Source of the DNA: a virus
Taxonomy: Duplodnaviria > Caudoviricetes
Length of the DNA stretch: 64,000 bases
Strand: one strand, 5' to 3'
Virus record (IMG/VR): IMGVR_UViG_3300032290_001036
Coordinates: 2,510 to 66,509 of that record
Shown here: positions 10,101 through 19,837 of the stretch, piece after piece
How positions within the stretch are numbered: the first letter of the stretch is position 1
Layout: the number at the start of each line of letters is the position of its first letter
Translations under genes and position numbers: made by a program
The notes under the pieces: generated by a model
Told to the model about the DNA's origin: nothing
The model's input: only the letters and a program-made list of their open reading frames with translations
Databases searched by the model: none

Positions 10101-13100
10101 GTGTTTCGTTTTGTTGAAAAACTACTAAACATATCCATCTTGCGTCTTACGCCAACAGCTAAAGCTTTAAACGCTTTATCTGCAGTTGTAATGGAAACAT
10201 ACCGCTCCCTGATTCCATCACGTCGGTATTCTTTTACTTTTTGCACATAATCAATAGCACCCGTTGACAAATCAACACGCATTAATGCACCGCTTTGCTT
10301 GTATTTTCCGCGTATCGCAATGTCTCTGGAAGGAGCATTTAAAATTACAGTATTGCCATCAACTTCTTCAATGTTCCATTTACGCCAGTTTCGTAATGCA
10401 GTACGTCGCATTTGGCTATCAGCAGCCATTATGTGACGCACACCGTTAAAAATATTGCGAGCAGTTATTGTTTCAGCTTGTCCGGCAGCAGTGTCTACGT
10501 CGCCAGCAAATAACGCATGTAAATACCTTGCCTGTTCTTCTGGAGTAGTAAAGATTTTAGTAAGCACGTGGTTCAATGCAGATCGATTTACGTGATCCAG
10601 CGTAACGCGCTGTGACAATGGCGCGTATTCTCCCGTCATAACCTGCTGCAATCCAAGAGCAGTGCTTTGAAGTTCTTGTACTGTTAAGGACGGATCAAAT
10701 ATTCGCTCAAATAATGATTCAACGTTTACCTTTTTTGTGCCAACTTGAACTGTAAAGTCTAAGCCAGTTGATGACAAATCAAGTAATCCGCCAGTTGCTG
10801 CAGCGGTTTGCCACGCTGTCAGCATTTTGGTTAATGATGCGCCAACATCGTCCTGATTTCTTAGCCATTGATTAACTAATGCGCCTCTAAATTCATTTTC
10901 ATTTTTTGCTTCAAGTGGATTTCCGCCTATTATTAATTGATGTGGTGTGCCTGTAAACTCCTTGCGTAATTTTCCTTCCCCATCAAGTAATGCTCCACGA
11001 CTTTGTTCAATAAAGTCATCCAGTTGTTCCATGACAACGGCGCGTACATTTTCGTCTGGGAAAACTCGCATAAGAGTTTGTGTTAATTGCCTACTATTTT
11101 CAATAGTTCGTGGCCAACCGCTAATTTTTGCTGAAGTTATTGCTGCTGAATCTTGAGAATTAACCGCTGCTAGGCGCTGACTCATATCTCCATTTAAACC
11201 AGCAGTTACGTCATCAATAGCTTGATAGTACTGATCAATACTTGATGAATCTCCACCATATTTTTTTGCCAATGCATCTTCTAAGTCCAGTTGATGTTGG
11301 TAATCAATTTGTCCATTTTTGTTAATTAAGGCTTGACTTACACGGCTAATTGCAGAATAAATCACTTCGCTAAAAACGGGGTTAGCGTGATTACTAGATC
11401 CTAATCCGTGAACCCTATTATCAACTATTGCATCATGAGGAACAAGATATCGATACGACACATTGGAGTACGTTGACGGGCTAGGTTTACCGCCTTCAGT
11501 AGGACCAGTATTTCTGTTGGCAACTTTATACTTAGGCTTACCAAACGCCGTTAATCCATCAGCTTCCAACAACTGAGCAGTCCCGACGGCCTCAACAACG
11601 TATGCGTAATCAGATCTATTTAAATTAGCAACACCATATTGTCCACCCTTACTATTAAATGGCATGTTAGATTGATACCAACCATTATCGTCTTGCCGAC
11701 TCTTCATTACCCATAATCGTCGATTACCGTTAGAATCTATGCGCCAACCAATTGGCGTAAATTCTGAAGGTACTTCTAAAGCATTTTGAAAATTACTGGC
11801 AAATGCTAATCCAACAACTTTTCCGGAAGCAACATATCCGCGAGATAACGGATCATAACTATTTGGGTCTTGTTTTTTATACGCTCCGGGTATGAATTGA
11901 AAAATCAACTCTCGTTTCTCAATTGCATCCAAATCACTTGCGTTATTTAAAATAGTTTCTAACTCACGACGAACTGCTGGGTCAGGAATCATATCCAAAG
12001 CACCGCTATAAATTTCTTTGCCTGTGTTTAAAAACCCCATAACTGTACTTAATGGGTTCGTTATAGCTCCTCCACCTGCTACAGAAGGATTAACAGGAGT
12101 TGTAAACTGTACGTAACTGTTGTGCTTTAATGGATAAAATAATCTCTGATTTCCAGCGTCTCCATAGGAAGAACCTATTTTAACGGGATTTAATGAATAC
12201 CAGAATGCATCTAATGGACCACCATCGCTAATAATAACCGCGTTTTCAATGCGCTGACTTTTATTGTATGAATTGTATGAATCGCGTAGTCGTACAGATA
12301 ACTCTTGTAATAATCCAACAGCATGATTATCTACGGTGCTGGATTCGCGAGATTGCACAATACCTCCTGACATTATAAAGTTAGTCAAGCCAGTTGTGCT
12401 CATTTCGTTGTTGTATTTACCCCAATCCCATCCAGCAGGTAGCTTAAAATCCAAATCGTGTTGACGATTTGCTGGATCCTGTAATTTACGTGCTTTATCC
12501 CATGCCGTATACAACTTGACGGCTTCACGCATTTGATCAAAGCCCTCGCGAACAGCGGGTTGAATTTGCGCTCCCTTACCCTCTTCTGAATCAAGAGTTC
12601 CGTGTAAAGCTTGCATCCATCTAACTTGCAAATGATCAGGTAAAGAATGAAAAAGGTAATGCCCTATTTCATGTACGCTGACGTCGCCAGCTTGACGTAA
12701 GCCTAAAATATTTAGATGTAAAATTCGATCATTGCGGTTTTCAAACCGTTGTAAAAATCCGCGATATCCCTTAGGTGCTTCGTGCGTGTCTTTCATCATA
12801 AAAAATGATGAAAAATACAGTGGATTTTGACTTCTGTACCAATCCTGATGCAATTGAGCTAGTCGCAATGATTGCAACTCCAAAGTCTGTTGAGAAGTTA
12901 AGAGGGGACCTGCGTAATCCCCAATAGCCTCTGGAGACAGCAGTTGACCAACGGATGCATTCATCGCAAACATTTGCTGCAATACGTCATGTGGCATACC
13001 TGCAGCTAACGCTAAAGCAAAATATTTTTCTCTATTCGCATTTGAATGAATGTCGTAATCAAGTCGTCGATGTGCATCGCCCATTGCAAATCGATCAACT

Positions 13101-16100
13101 AATGCTCCAATTCCAAACGCGGTGCGCTTTGCGGAGTTAATATCTTTTGTAACGTTTACGACGTCATTTGACGACGTGTTTTCCGTTGTTGCGTCCGTTA
13201 CGTTTATTAGTTTACTTAATTTGGCGTGGGTCTGCCGCAACACCTGTTCTTCATCTGCCGTGTATGTGTCGTTGTTGTTTATTAACCATCCGTATAGTTG
13301 TCGCAATGAATCCGCAGTTGCACGTGACATTTCGGTTTTAATTTGCGGGTTGTCCAACAATTTGTTTAATGAAAAAATATCTACATGCGTTGCAATCAAT
13401 GCTGGCAATTTGCGCAGATTAGCACTCTTAAATGACGCACCGTATTTTCCCGTAGGGATATCACCAGTAGTTAATATGTCGTTCCCAATTAAACCTGCAA
13501 TAATACTATTAATTCTGTATGGTATTGCCTCTTTAGAATCAGCTCCTATTGGACCAGTAAATCCTTTACCGCTGTTATGTGCTGGTAAAACTTCTTCAAT
13601 GTTGACGCCATATTTTTTTGCAAGTGCGATGATATCTTCGTATGACACAACCGCAGCTTCTTTATTTTTTGGTGAGCTGTGCAATAAATCTTTAACGTCT
13701 TTTGATAAATTAGCTTTACTTTTCTTTGTCCCTGACGCAATTGCTTGATAAATCTGATCAAAAATTAACTGCCCAGTCATTGCCTTATTTTCAATGCTTG
13801 GATCTAAGTTGACATCAACTTCACCCACATTGTCGGGATGCAATGCAACTAATAACGTTTTGCTTTTTGTTTTGTTTAAATATGACGAACGCAAGCCAAC
13901 AGCCATGTTGTTGGCTTCTACATTTCGCGCATAAACATTTGACGTCTCATCATTTGCAGCGTTAGTTAAACTGTGAACGTCAATTTCACCGTGCTGATTA
14001 CGTGCCTCAGCCAATAAGTGCAATTGCAATACACGCTCTAAACCAGCTCGATTGTACACTCGCGCTAAAATAGCAGGGTCGTTATTAAGTGCCACAATGT
14101 CACGTATTTTTTCGACCTGTACGCGCATAGCTTGCGCTGATTCTGGATTGTCAGAATCGTAGGCAGTTCCTGTAGTGTTGATGTGTTGTAACACTTTAGC
14201 AATTTCAGACGCCTTCTGCTTAATGGACTCCCACAATTCAATAGGTCCTACATCATTTGTTGCTACTTTGTCAGACACTTCTGATATAGAACGAGGAATG
14301 GCGTCTGGATCAAATTCATGTCCTAAAAAATTAGTACCATTAGCAGCCCCTGCTTTAATAGCCGCGTCAAATTGCTCAAAACTTTGCTGTAATTCAGTAG
14401 CGAGTGCACTTGTTCGCACCTGCTCCTTAATTCGGATTGCGTTTTGTTGAGTATTGCGCAAGATAGTGTTTGTAGCGTCATTGTTAGATATTCGACCAAT
14501 GTTTTTAGCAAGCGCTCTGTTCAGCTGAGCTAAGGCTAAAGTTGACCAAGTCCAAGCACGCATTTGCGTGAGGCCTTTTTCATTTTCAGGTGCACTTGCC
14601 TCATCAGCTTGCATGCGCTCAATTAATTTATTGGCAATATGTTCTATTGGCGTCAATCGAGCCAAAGCAGCTAATGCAGTGTTGCGAGACGTTTCAAATG
14701 TTCCTAAAGCACCAGTGGCTCCAGCTTCTCTTGCCGCGCGAACATCTGCGTCTTCGTTTTGCAGTGCCGCCTTTTTCCGGGCAATGTCAGATGCTGCCAT
14801 CATAAATCGATCGTATTGACGATCGTCCTCAAACAAATATTTCATGGACTCGTGTTCAGTATTGGACTGATACAACGCTAATATAAGATCGTCCATTGCT
14901 TCAGCTGTACCAACTGTAGCAATTGCTCGAACAGAGTCAATGATGGCTTTCATTGCTCCGTGATACACCATCATTTTGCTTAACAACTCTGGGCTTAATT
15001 GTGTGGCCAATGTCAAGGCTTCTTGTGCATCTGCATCAGTTTTAGATATTTGTTTTGTTCGCGCTACAGCACCGCCTATGTCATCAAATGAATGAACCAT
15101 AGCCGCGCCCATTAATCCCTCGGTGCTAACTGCGTCTTTTAGGTCGATAGTTTGATTTACTAAACCGAGTTCTTCACGAGCTTTCTGTAATGTTGCAAGA
15201 GCACCCGTTTGTCCCTCCGCATCCGGAATTATAATCGCTGGCAAATTTGCTTCATCAGCCATTGATACAGCAGTAACCAAATTTCGCAATGAAACACCTT
15301 CGCCTCTGGCAATAGTGTCATGCATGTCAACATATGCTGCAGATGCGCGTTGCCTATACGTGTGAACTAATGACTTAATAGCATCATTTTTAAACGCGCG
15401 TGCTTCATCAAGTCCGCTATGACTTCTAAGCCGGGCGCGAACACTAGTTCTGTTGTTTACCGCTTCTTTATTTGCTGCGTATTCATACAAAAAGCCAAGT
15501 CCGTTATCATATAGCAGCCGCCTTGTGGTAGATGAATTTGGGTCAACGCCATTATTAATTTCTGATTCCAATAAATCAGAAATATGCGCAACGGCTTTTT
15601 CAAATCCTTGTTCTGTTCCATAATTGTCAATGACATCGTTTCCAGTTTTACCTTTAGCAAAACCCCCTGTTGCGTCGCGCTCAAGTGTTAATGCCTCAAG
15701 CTGCATGTCGGCTGGCAATCCAGAAACTTTGTCAACAAACCATGGTGCAATTGAGCCATCCATAATCATTTCGTGCATTAATGGATGTACTGACCGTAAA
15801 AAACCAGCAGTCCGTCTTACTTTTTGAGAAAATTCGTTAATTTCATTTTGATCTGTAATGCCTAATTTTTTAGCAATCTTGGCTAATTGCTTAGTAACAA
15901 TGCGGTCATTAATACGCGCACTGCTGAATAAAAGATTATTCAATTGACGCGCGTGAGCATATAACAAAGCCCTGCTGTCGCGCATTGATGGAGACGATGC
16001 TGAATACAAACTGTCTATATTAACTACGTCTGATTCTAACCCGCTAAGTATAGCGCTGCGTTCGGCTAAATAAGCTATGTCTGATTGAAATTTACTGTCT

Positions 16101-19100
16101 GTAGCAGCAATCAATAATCTAGTCAATGGCATAAATCCATCAACAGTTGTATTTGCTAATGTTTTAGCTAATGCTCCATCCAGAGCCATAGCAGCAACAT
16201 CAGCACCATCCGGATTTTTTGCCATCCATTGACGTAATGATTGCAAAACACTAGCACTTACATTAATGTCATTGTTTTCTGCTCTTGCAAAACGGATTAA
16301 CTCTGTAGATAACGTTCCAGAATCAGCATTTACAATCCCATCATCAACAACAACGTTGCCATTTCGGCGCCCCATGTTGATCATTGCATTAAAAAATTCA
16401 CTGTCAAACTTATAATTAGAGGGTCTGTCAGCATTAGGGTCAATGCCGACAAACTGGCTGCGGTTTTGGTGAATTCGCATTAAAGCGTCACGATCTGTTT
16501 GTCGTTTTACAGTAACGTCATTTGCATTAGCCCAATAAGCGGGGGAGTCAACATTATCGATAGGTTTAACTAACACTCCACTGTTAACTGGGTTTGTCAA
16601 AACAATAAATTTTTGATCTGGATTGTCATCAAATGTTACAACGTCACCAATTTGTGGTTCATTAGCGCCATCTTTGGTTTTCCAAATACCTTCTGCTGTA
16701 AGTGCATTGTTTAAAACAGCGTCTATTCCATCTTGAACGCCTTCTGCTTCTTCCGGGTTGGAAAACAAATCGTGCAATGCGCGTACATGTTCTTCCGACA
16801 AACGAACTACAAATGGTATTTGACCTCGTCCGTCGCTAAATAACGGTATTAAAAAATATCCAGATCCTTCTGTTCCATGAGCTAAAATTTGTTCACGTAA
16901 TGGCAAATGCCAATTTGCAGGTACGTGTTTTTTTGCGTCAGTGACTACATTTCCATCTGGCATTGGAGGGTGCACGCCTCTATCTGCTGGCGCGGTCTCT
17001 CTAAATATTAAAGACCCGTCTTTAAGTTGATATATAGCAACGCCATCTTCCGAATGTATTAAACGTCCGTAAAAACTTTCATCATTACTAACGTCTAATT
17101 CACTAGTAAAATCTAAATCTGCCGCGTCAAGATCACCTTTGCCAGACGCACTAACGGGAACAGATGCATCTATTGGATTTGCTCGACGTAATGATGCCAG
17201 CCAATCTAAAGCATCTAATTCCTTGCGACTAAAATCTCCAGTTGACAATACATCTTGCCGAGGAACAATAACAACAGATTTACCAACAGGATTATTCCTA
17301 GAAAGAATAATCTCTCCATTTGGAGTTACGCCTTGAAAGACATATGTGTCAACACCTTCTTCGTCTGGTCCGTGTAACTCTTGCCCTAATAATTGTTGCA
17401 GTCCCTCAGCGTGTTTTTTTGCTCCACCTACAGCACCTGAAATGCGCTGACTTGGCTCACCAACAAATGCACCTGTATATGGATCAATAACTTGAATGTC
17501 TTTATGTTGACCATCGGGATTAAAATCTTTATATTCAGCCTTTATAATGCGTCTTACGGTGAATCCTTTGTCTATCACTAGAAAGCTGCCATCACCATAA
17601 TCTACGCCATAATATTGTTTGCCTTCCGGTAAAGCTTCGGGTTTAAAAGCATCGCCTTTCATCTTGTCGCCAAGTATTAAACGTTGAAACGCTGGAAGTA
17701 ATTCTAAAGTGCGACGTTTAATTTCAGCTTTGGATTCAGCTCTGTCAGTTGTATATCTGCCAGTTAATTTAATTAAGTCTAACGGGTTATTAATACTATC
17801 TTTTGCCTTAAATCGAGCTGCTCTAATTGATGGGAACAATTCATTAAACTTTGACTCAAAATGCTCAAGTCCTTCCCAATTGTTAGTTCTGTGAGCTTCA
17901 ATTAATTTCTTTATGAGAGTCGTTGTACTGCTAAATGCTTTGGGTAATCCAGTAGGGTCGCCTTCATGACTAAGGATCTTTTGTGCTGCTTGGTTGTTTA
18001 CTTCTTCAAGCCCTTGCACAACGCGTTTTACATCATTTTTATCTGGTGTAATTTTTAATTCACGCGCAGCTTGAAGCTCAATCATTGAAGCTGGGCGGTC
18101 CATCTTGCCGTGAACAGATTCATATGCTCGGCTATATGCCATGCTATATGGATCAAGACGTGCTAGTGGATTTGCATGAAAAGCGGCACCCATTGCTTTA
18201 GATGGACGCGCTGCAAACAGCCCACCAATAATAGATGTTGCCCAATCTTGAGGTTTGGGCGCCATGTCAGGTTGATTTTGCATATCGCTAACAACCTGCT
18301 GTGCAATAGTGTTTAATACACCACTTGCACCAAAAGCTACTTCAGTGCCAACTTGTCTGGCGAGCATGCTTCGCCCAGTTAAACTCAATGCACCAGTAGC
18401 TGCTGTAATAGGACCTCTAGAAGACAACCGGTTAAATGCGCGTATTCCTTCACGAGCTATATTTTGACTGTCTTTAAGTAGGCCAACCGCCCCACCGCCA
18501 AACATTGCCATACTTGCCAAGGTGTGTACACTTTTAGAGTATTCACCGCTTGGATCTGTTTCTGCAGTGCGACCTCCCATTTGTTCATTAGCAGTTACTG
18601 CACGCAATTTTTCAGCAGGGTTTGTGACCCATGCAACAGCATCACTTATGTTGTGTTGATTTGGAGCAATTTTTTGTTGAGCAATCTCGGCAAGCAACGG
18701 AGCGCCTACATGAGCAAAAATACCTAATCCTCTACCAAGTGATTCTTTGCCAATACCACTAAGTAACCGACCGCCGATAGATCCGGCGACGTTCATTCCC
18801 GCAATACCTGTAGCTGCTGCAAATGGAGCAGTTGCAGCAATATCTCCAGCAATTAAACCTCGTCCATAATCTGCATTTCCCGGATATTTATTTGCTACGT
18901 CAGAGCGATACGTGTCTGCTGTTGATTGTTGTAAGGCATTAGACCATTCAGGGTTGTTGTAAAGTTGTCTGATATTACTTACGCCGGGTGTCTTTTCAGC
19001 AATGTTTTGAACACCAGCATATGCGCTTCCTGCTCCACCATAAACACCTTCTTGAAAAGCCTTTATTCGATCGCCGTAGCTATCCCCTAATTGTTCTGGA

Positions 19101-19828
19101 GCATCGTAATATGGGTCGGTTGGTAAATCAAGCGCCCTGTCAATTTCATTTCCAGCTCGGCTTATACCCTCAATTACTGCTTTTCCCGTTCCTAATACAG
19201 GAACGGACATATCCTTAAATAATTCCTTGCCAGTGGCAGGTGATATCCAATCGTTAGTTGCTTTAGCTATACCTGTAGATGGCTTAGGAGCTTTCTTAAT
19301 TTCTTGCATGCGCGATTCGCGCAATGAAGCATTGTATTTTCCTAATGCTTCAAACTCTTCTGCGTTAGCAGGATATCCAGCAAATCGTACATAAGGTGAT
19401 TCGCCGGGTTTGTTTCGCAAGATTAAGTCAGCGCCAGTTGCAGCACGATACTTACCATCTGGTCCAGCAATTTCTACAACATATTCTTTGCCATCAACAT
19501 TTTGTACTAATTCTTTAGAGCGCAAGTCGCGAACTAGTTTTGTATATTGATTAGCAATTTTGCTATACTCAACGTTACTCAAATACCCTACGGATTTGGC
19601 ATACTTTGCGTGATCAAGCAATCGCGAGTCATACGCTGTGGCATCTCCTGCATTTAATTTTGCTAACCACGGATTTAAATATTGCGTTTTATATTCATCT
19701 TTTGTTATGTATGTAGTTTTGCCTTTATCCGACGATATTGCCATCGGCGGTAATGGCTCTACACCACCTTGACCCCAATAGCTATTCTGATATCGCTTAC
19801 TTTTTGGAGAACGTGAATTTTGAGGCAT
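7130..19828 (-). CDS. giant (4232 aa) internal virion / ejection protein, polyvalent-protein-like, with zincin HExxH motif
   Basis: Uninterrupted ORF with AAGGA RBS; last of three ejection-type genes after the nozzle; HEIGH at 12659-12673; G/A-rich hydrophobic N-terminal segments. Confidence 0.75.
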   Translation of the reverse strand: MPQNSRSPKSKRYQNSYWGQGGVEPLPPMAISSDKGKTTYITKDEYKTQYLNPWLAKLNAGDATAYDSRLLDHAKYAKSVGYLSNVEYSKIANQYTKLVRDLRSKELVQNVDGKEYVVEIAGPDGKYRAATGADLILRNKPGESPYVRFAGYPANAEEFEALGKYNASLRESRMQEIKKAPKPSTGIAKATNDWISPATGKELFKDMSVPVLGTGKAVIEGISRAGNEIDRALDLPTDPYYDAPEQLGDSYGDRIKAFQEGVYGGAGSAYAGVQNIAEKTPGVSNIRQLYNNPEWSNALQQSTADTYRSDVANKYPGNADYGRGLIAGDIAATAPFAAATGIAGMNVAGSIGGRLLSGIGKESLGRGLGIFAHVGAPLLAEIAQQKIAPNQHNISDAVAWVTNPAEKLRAVTANEQMGGRTAETDPSGEYSKSVHTLASMAMFGGGAVGLLKDSQNIAREGIRAFNRLSSRGPITAATGALSLTGRSMLARQVGTEVAFGASGVLNTIAQQVVSDMQNQPDMAPKPQDWATSIIGGLFAARPSKAMGAAFHANPLARLDPYSMAYSRAYESVHGKMDRPASMIELQAARELKITPDKNDVKRVVQGLEEVNNQAAQKILSHEGDPTGLPKAFSSTTTLIKKLIEAHRTNNWEGLEHFESKFNELFPSIRAARFKAKDSINNPLDLIKLTGRYTTDRAESKAEIKRRTLELLPAFQRLILGDKMKGDAFKPEALPEGKQYYGVDYGDGSFLVIDKGFTVRRIIKAEYKDFNPDGQHKDIQVIDPYTGAFVGEPSQRISGAVGGAKKHAEGLQQLLGQELHGPDEEGVDTYVFQGVTPNGEIILSRNNPVGKSVVIVPRQDVLSTGDFSRKELDALDWLASLRRANPIDASVPVSASGKGDLDAADLDFTSELDVSNDESFYGRLIHSEDGVAIYQLKDGSLIFRETAPADRGVHPPMPDGNVVTDAKKHVPANWHLPLREQILAHGTEGSGYFLIPLFSDGRGQIPFVVRLSEEHVRALHDLFSNPEEAEGVQDGIDAVLNNALTAEGIWKTKDGANEPQIGDVVTFDDNPDQKFIVLTNPVNSGVLVKPIDNVDSPAYWANANDVTVKRQTDRDALMRIHQNRSQFVGIDPNADRPSNYKFDSEFFNAMINMGRRNGNVVVDDGIVNADSGTLSTELIRFARAENNDINVSASVLQSLRQWMAKNPDGADVAAMALDGALAKTLANTTVDGFMPLTRLLIAATDSKFQSDIAYLAERSAILSGLESDVVNIDSLYSASSPSMRDSRALLYAHARQLNNLLFSSARINDRIVTKQLAKIAKKLGITDQNEINEFSQKVRRTAGFLRSVHPLMHEMIMDGSIAPWFVDKVSGLPADMQLEALTLERDATGGFAKGKTGNDVIDNYGTEQGFEKAVAHISDLLESEINNGVDPNSSTTRRLLYDNGLGFLYEYAANKEAVNNRTSVRARLRSHSGLDEARAFKNDAIKSLVHTYRQRASAAYVDMHDTIARGEGVSLRNLVTAVSMADEANLPAIIIPDAEGQTGALATLQKAREELGLVNQTIDLKDAVSTEGLMGAAMVHSFDDIGGAVARTKQISKTDADAQEALTLATQLSPELLSKMMVYHGAMKAIIDSVRAIATVGTAEAMDDLILALYQSNTEHESMKYLFEDDRQYDRFMMAASDIARKKAALQNEDADVRAAREAGATGALGTFETSRNTALAALARLTPIEHIANKLIERMQADEASAPENEKGLTQMRAWTWSTLALAQLNRALAKNIGRISNNDATNTILRNTQQNAIRIKEQVRTSALATELQQSFEQFDAAIKAGAANGTNFLGHEFDPDAIPRSISEVSDKVATNDVGPIELWESIKQKASEIAKVLQHINTTGTAYDSDNPESAQAMRVQVEKIRDIVALNNDPAILARVYNRAGLERVLQLHLLAEARNQHGEIDVHSLTNAANDETSNVYARNVEANNMAVGLRSSYLNKTKSKTLLVALHPDNVGEVDVNLDPSIENKAMTGQLIFDQIYQAIASGTKKSKANLSKDVKDLLHSSPKNKEAAVVSYEDIIALAKKYGVNIEEVLPAHNSGKGFTGPIGADSKEAIPYRINSIIAGLIGNDILTTGDIPTGKYGASFKSANLRKLPALIATHVDIFSLNKLLDNPQIKTEMSRATADSLRQLYGWLINNNDTYTADEEQVLRQTHAKLSKLINVTDATTENTSSNDVVNVTKDINSAKRTAFGIGALVDRFAMGDAHRRLDYDIHSNANREKYFALALAAGMPHDVLQQMFAMNASVGQLLSPEAIGDYAGPLLTSQQTLELQSLRLAQLHQDWYRSQNPLYFSSFFMMKDTHEAPKGYRGFLQRFENRNDRILHLNILGLRQAGDVSVHEIGHYLFHSLPDHLQVRWMQALHGTLDSEEGKGAQIQPAVREGFDQMREAVKLYTAWDKARKLQDPANRQHDLDFKLPAGWDWGKYNNEMSTTGLTNFIMSGGIVQSRESSTVDNHAVGLLQELSVRLRDSYNSYNKSQRIENAVIISDGGPLDAFWYSLNPVKIGSSYGDAGNQRLFYPLKHNSYVQFTTPVNPSVAGGGAITNPLSTVMGFLNTGKEIYSGALDMIPDPAVRRELETILNNASDLDAIEKRELIFQFIPGAYKKQDPNSYDPLSRGYVASGKVVGLAFASNFQNALEVPSEFTPIGWRIDSNGNRRLWVMKSRQDDNGWYQSNMPFNSKGGQYGVANLNRSDYAYVVEAVGTAQLLEADGLTAFGKPKYKVANRNTGPTEGGKPSPSTYSNVSYRYLVPHDAIVDNRVHGLGSSNHANPVFSEVIYSAISRVSQALINKNGQIDYQHQLDLEDALAKKYGGDSSSIDQYYQAIDDVTAGLNGDMSQRLAAVNSQDSAAITSAKISGWPRTIENSRQLTQTLMRVFPDENVRAVVMEQLDDFIEQSRGALLDGEGKLRKEFTGTPHQLIIGGNPLEAKNENEFRGALVNQWLRNQDDVGASLTKMLTAWQTAAATGGLLDLSSTGLDFTVQVGTKKVNVESLFERIFDPSLTVQELQSTALGLQQVMTGEYAPLSQRVTLDHVNRSALNHVLTKIFTTPEEQARYLHALFAGDVDTAAGQAETITARNIFNGVRHIMAADSQMRRTALRNWRKWNIEEVDGNTVILNAPSRDIAIRGKYKQSGALMRVDLSTGAIDYVQKVKEYRRDGIRERYVSITTADKAFKALAVGVRRKMDMFSSFSTKRNTPRMSLKDLFPGQDGESIVSQLVTRDILDRVRLNKDSSAVFFLPSTSGPKSLTSNDGLVGFKLTWDKSATDWVVARTNDWWATNNDYETQNLQDLIGVQMQNASPQLRTDVANRVVYGEAYHIARLLLMRDQMQDAPKFKIPERINDKQLLQTSPRLQLNDVGNLGTGRTWYSAASPHEAEYFEDFHPDGQYTLLPPKNIQEDPEAFVDWATAATMIRGEQYAARKSESVVYVPDASLKDTIGLGQDGNTQIVYLPEEMYDYETGLPKDDYILGSDSVPPSNSSTPVATAKTTAAPTASPLAPSGPYIKPKTNATGAAKFARDFLSCIKNDAQFILGCDLSTFGIQMIGRTITDPLGGITSLLAGGVGMLMPNREDVPFFIGMAIDRALRSKGINWGNFGEWHYDWSMETARQFYNRFYKTNYDFSDLEKYGWNSVYSQWRREHTQNQNRSPHKFKKITDTPFDPSDETLSRGILREFVPYAKRFDQTRLLIRDLFALKSGMDVMRNVNNQVAKKPFDIVRDLHNEMRNCNLDFGLQTFGDLAGQAPIFKAINTVSNFTQNAPSFHRNFINANPWLRHASLFFRDTLVNTPYRKMTKNLRGGLFDGDVYDVSWERRFLEHETGYGRQKQEGRMFARLFGGLGILAMTTAMNYFNHKQDPNKRNIAFSDNDYLNVTKKQIGYQKIGKDVVFEMLPVAKPFRVLRPFISLMSPNEPTVQAKAESFAKSATKTWVESRYGNLMSIATELMRGHDFSGAPSFDTDYGAAILKASNVKHRYEYAPSSLLLPTQSGFVTNHFNLVSAKPYYRDAQMLAAAKGNMRRNVILHGWLGDVTVDEIPVLTQEDVKKLDELDNARRLGFTVFLEPEQIKTANEKVEENSGMRATLQRWSYLLRNELFDWAGAAETVRKKGYGPIWQGYGVEESAGQPYGLPGAGSYELAQPIEYPVLPLGKDKAAAYGNVRAENKPSFWTLMMKDFERQFGVEEKKKKSNE

Positions 19829-19837
19829 TTTTTATCC

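Noticed and set aside
15644-15667. P-loop-like GGFAKGKT in the 4232-aa protein
   Set aside because: No preceding hydrophobic strand or Walker B context; expected by chance in a protein this long
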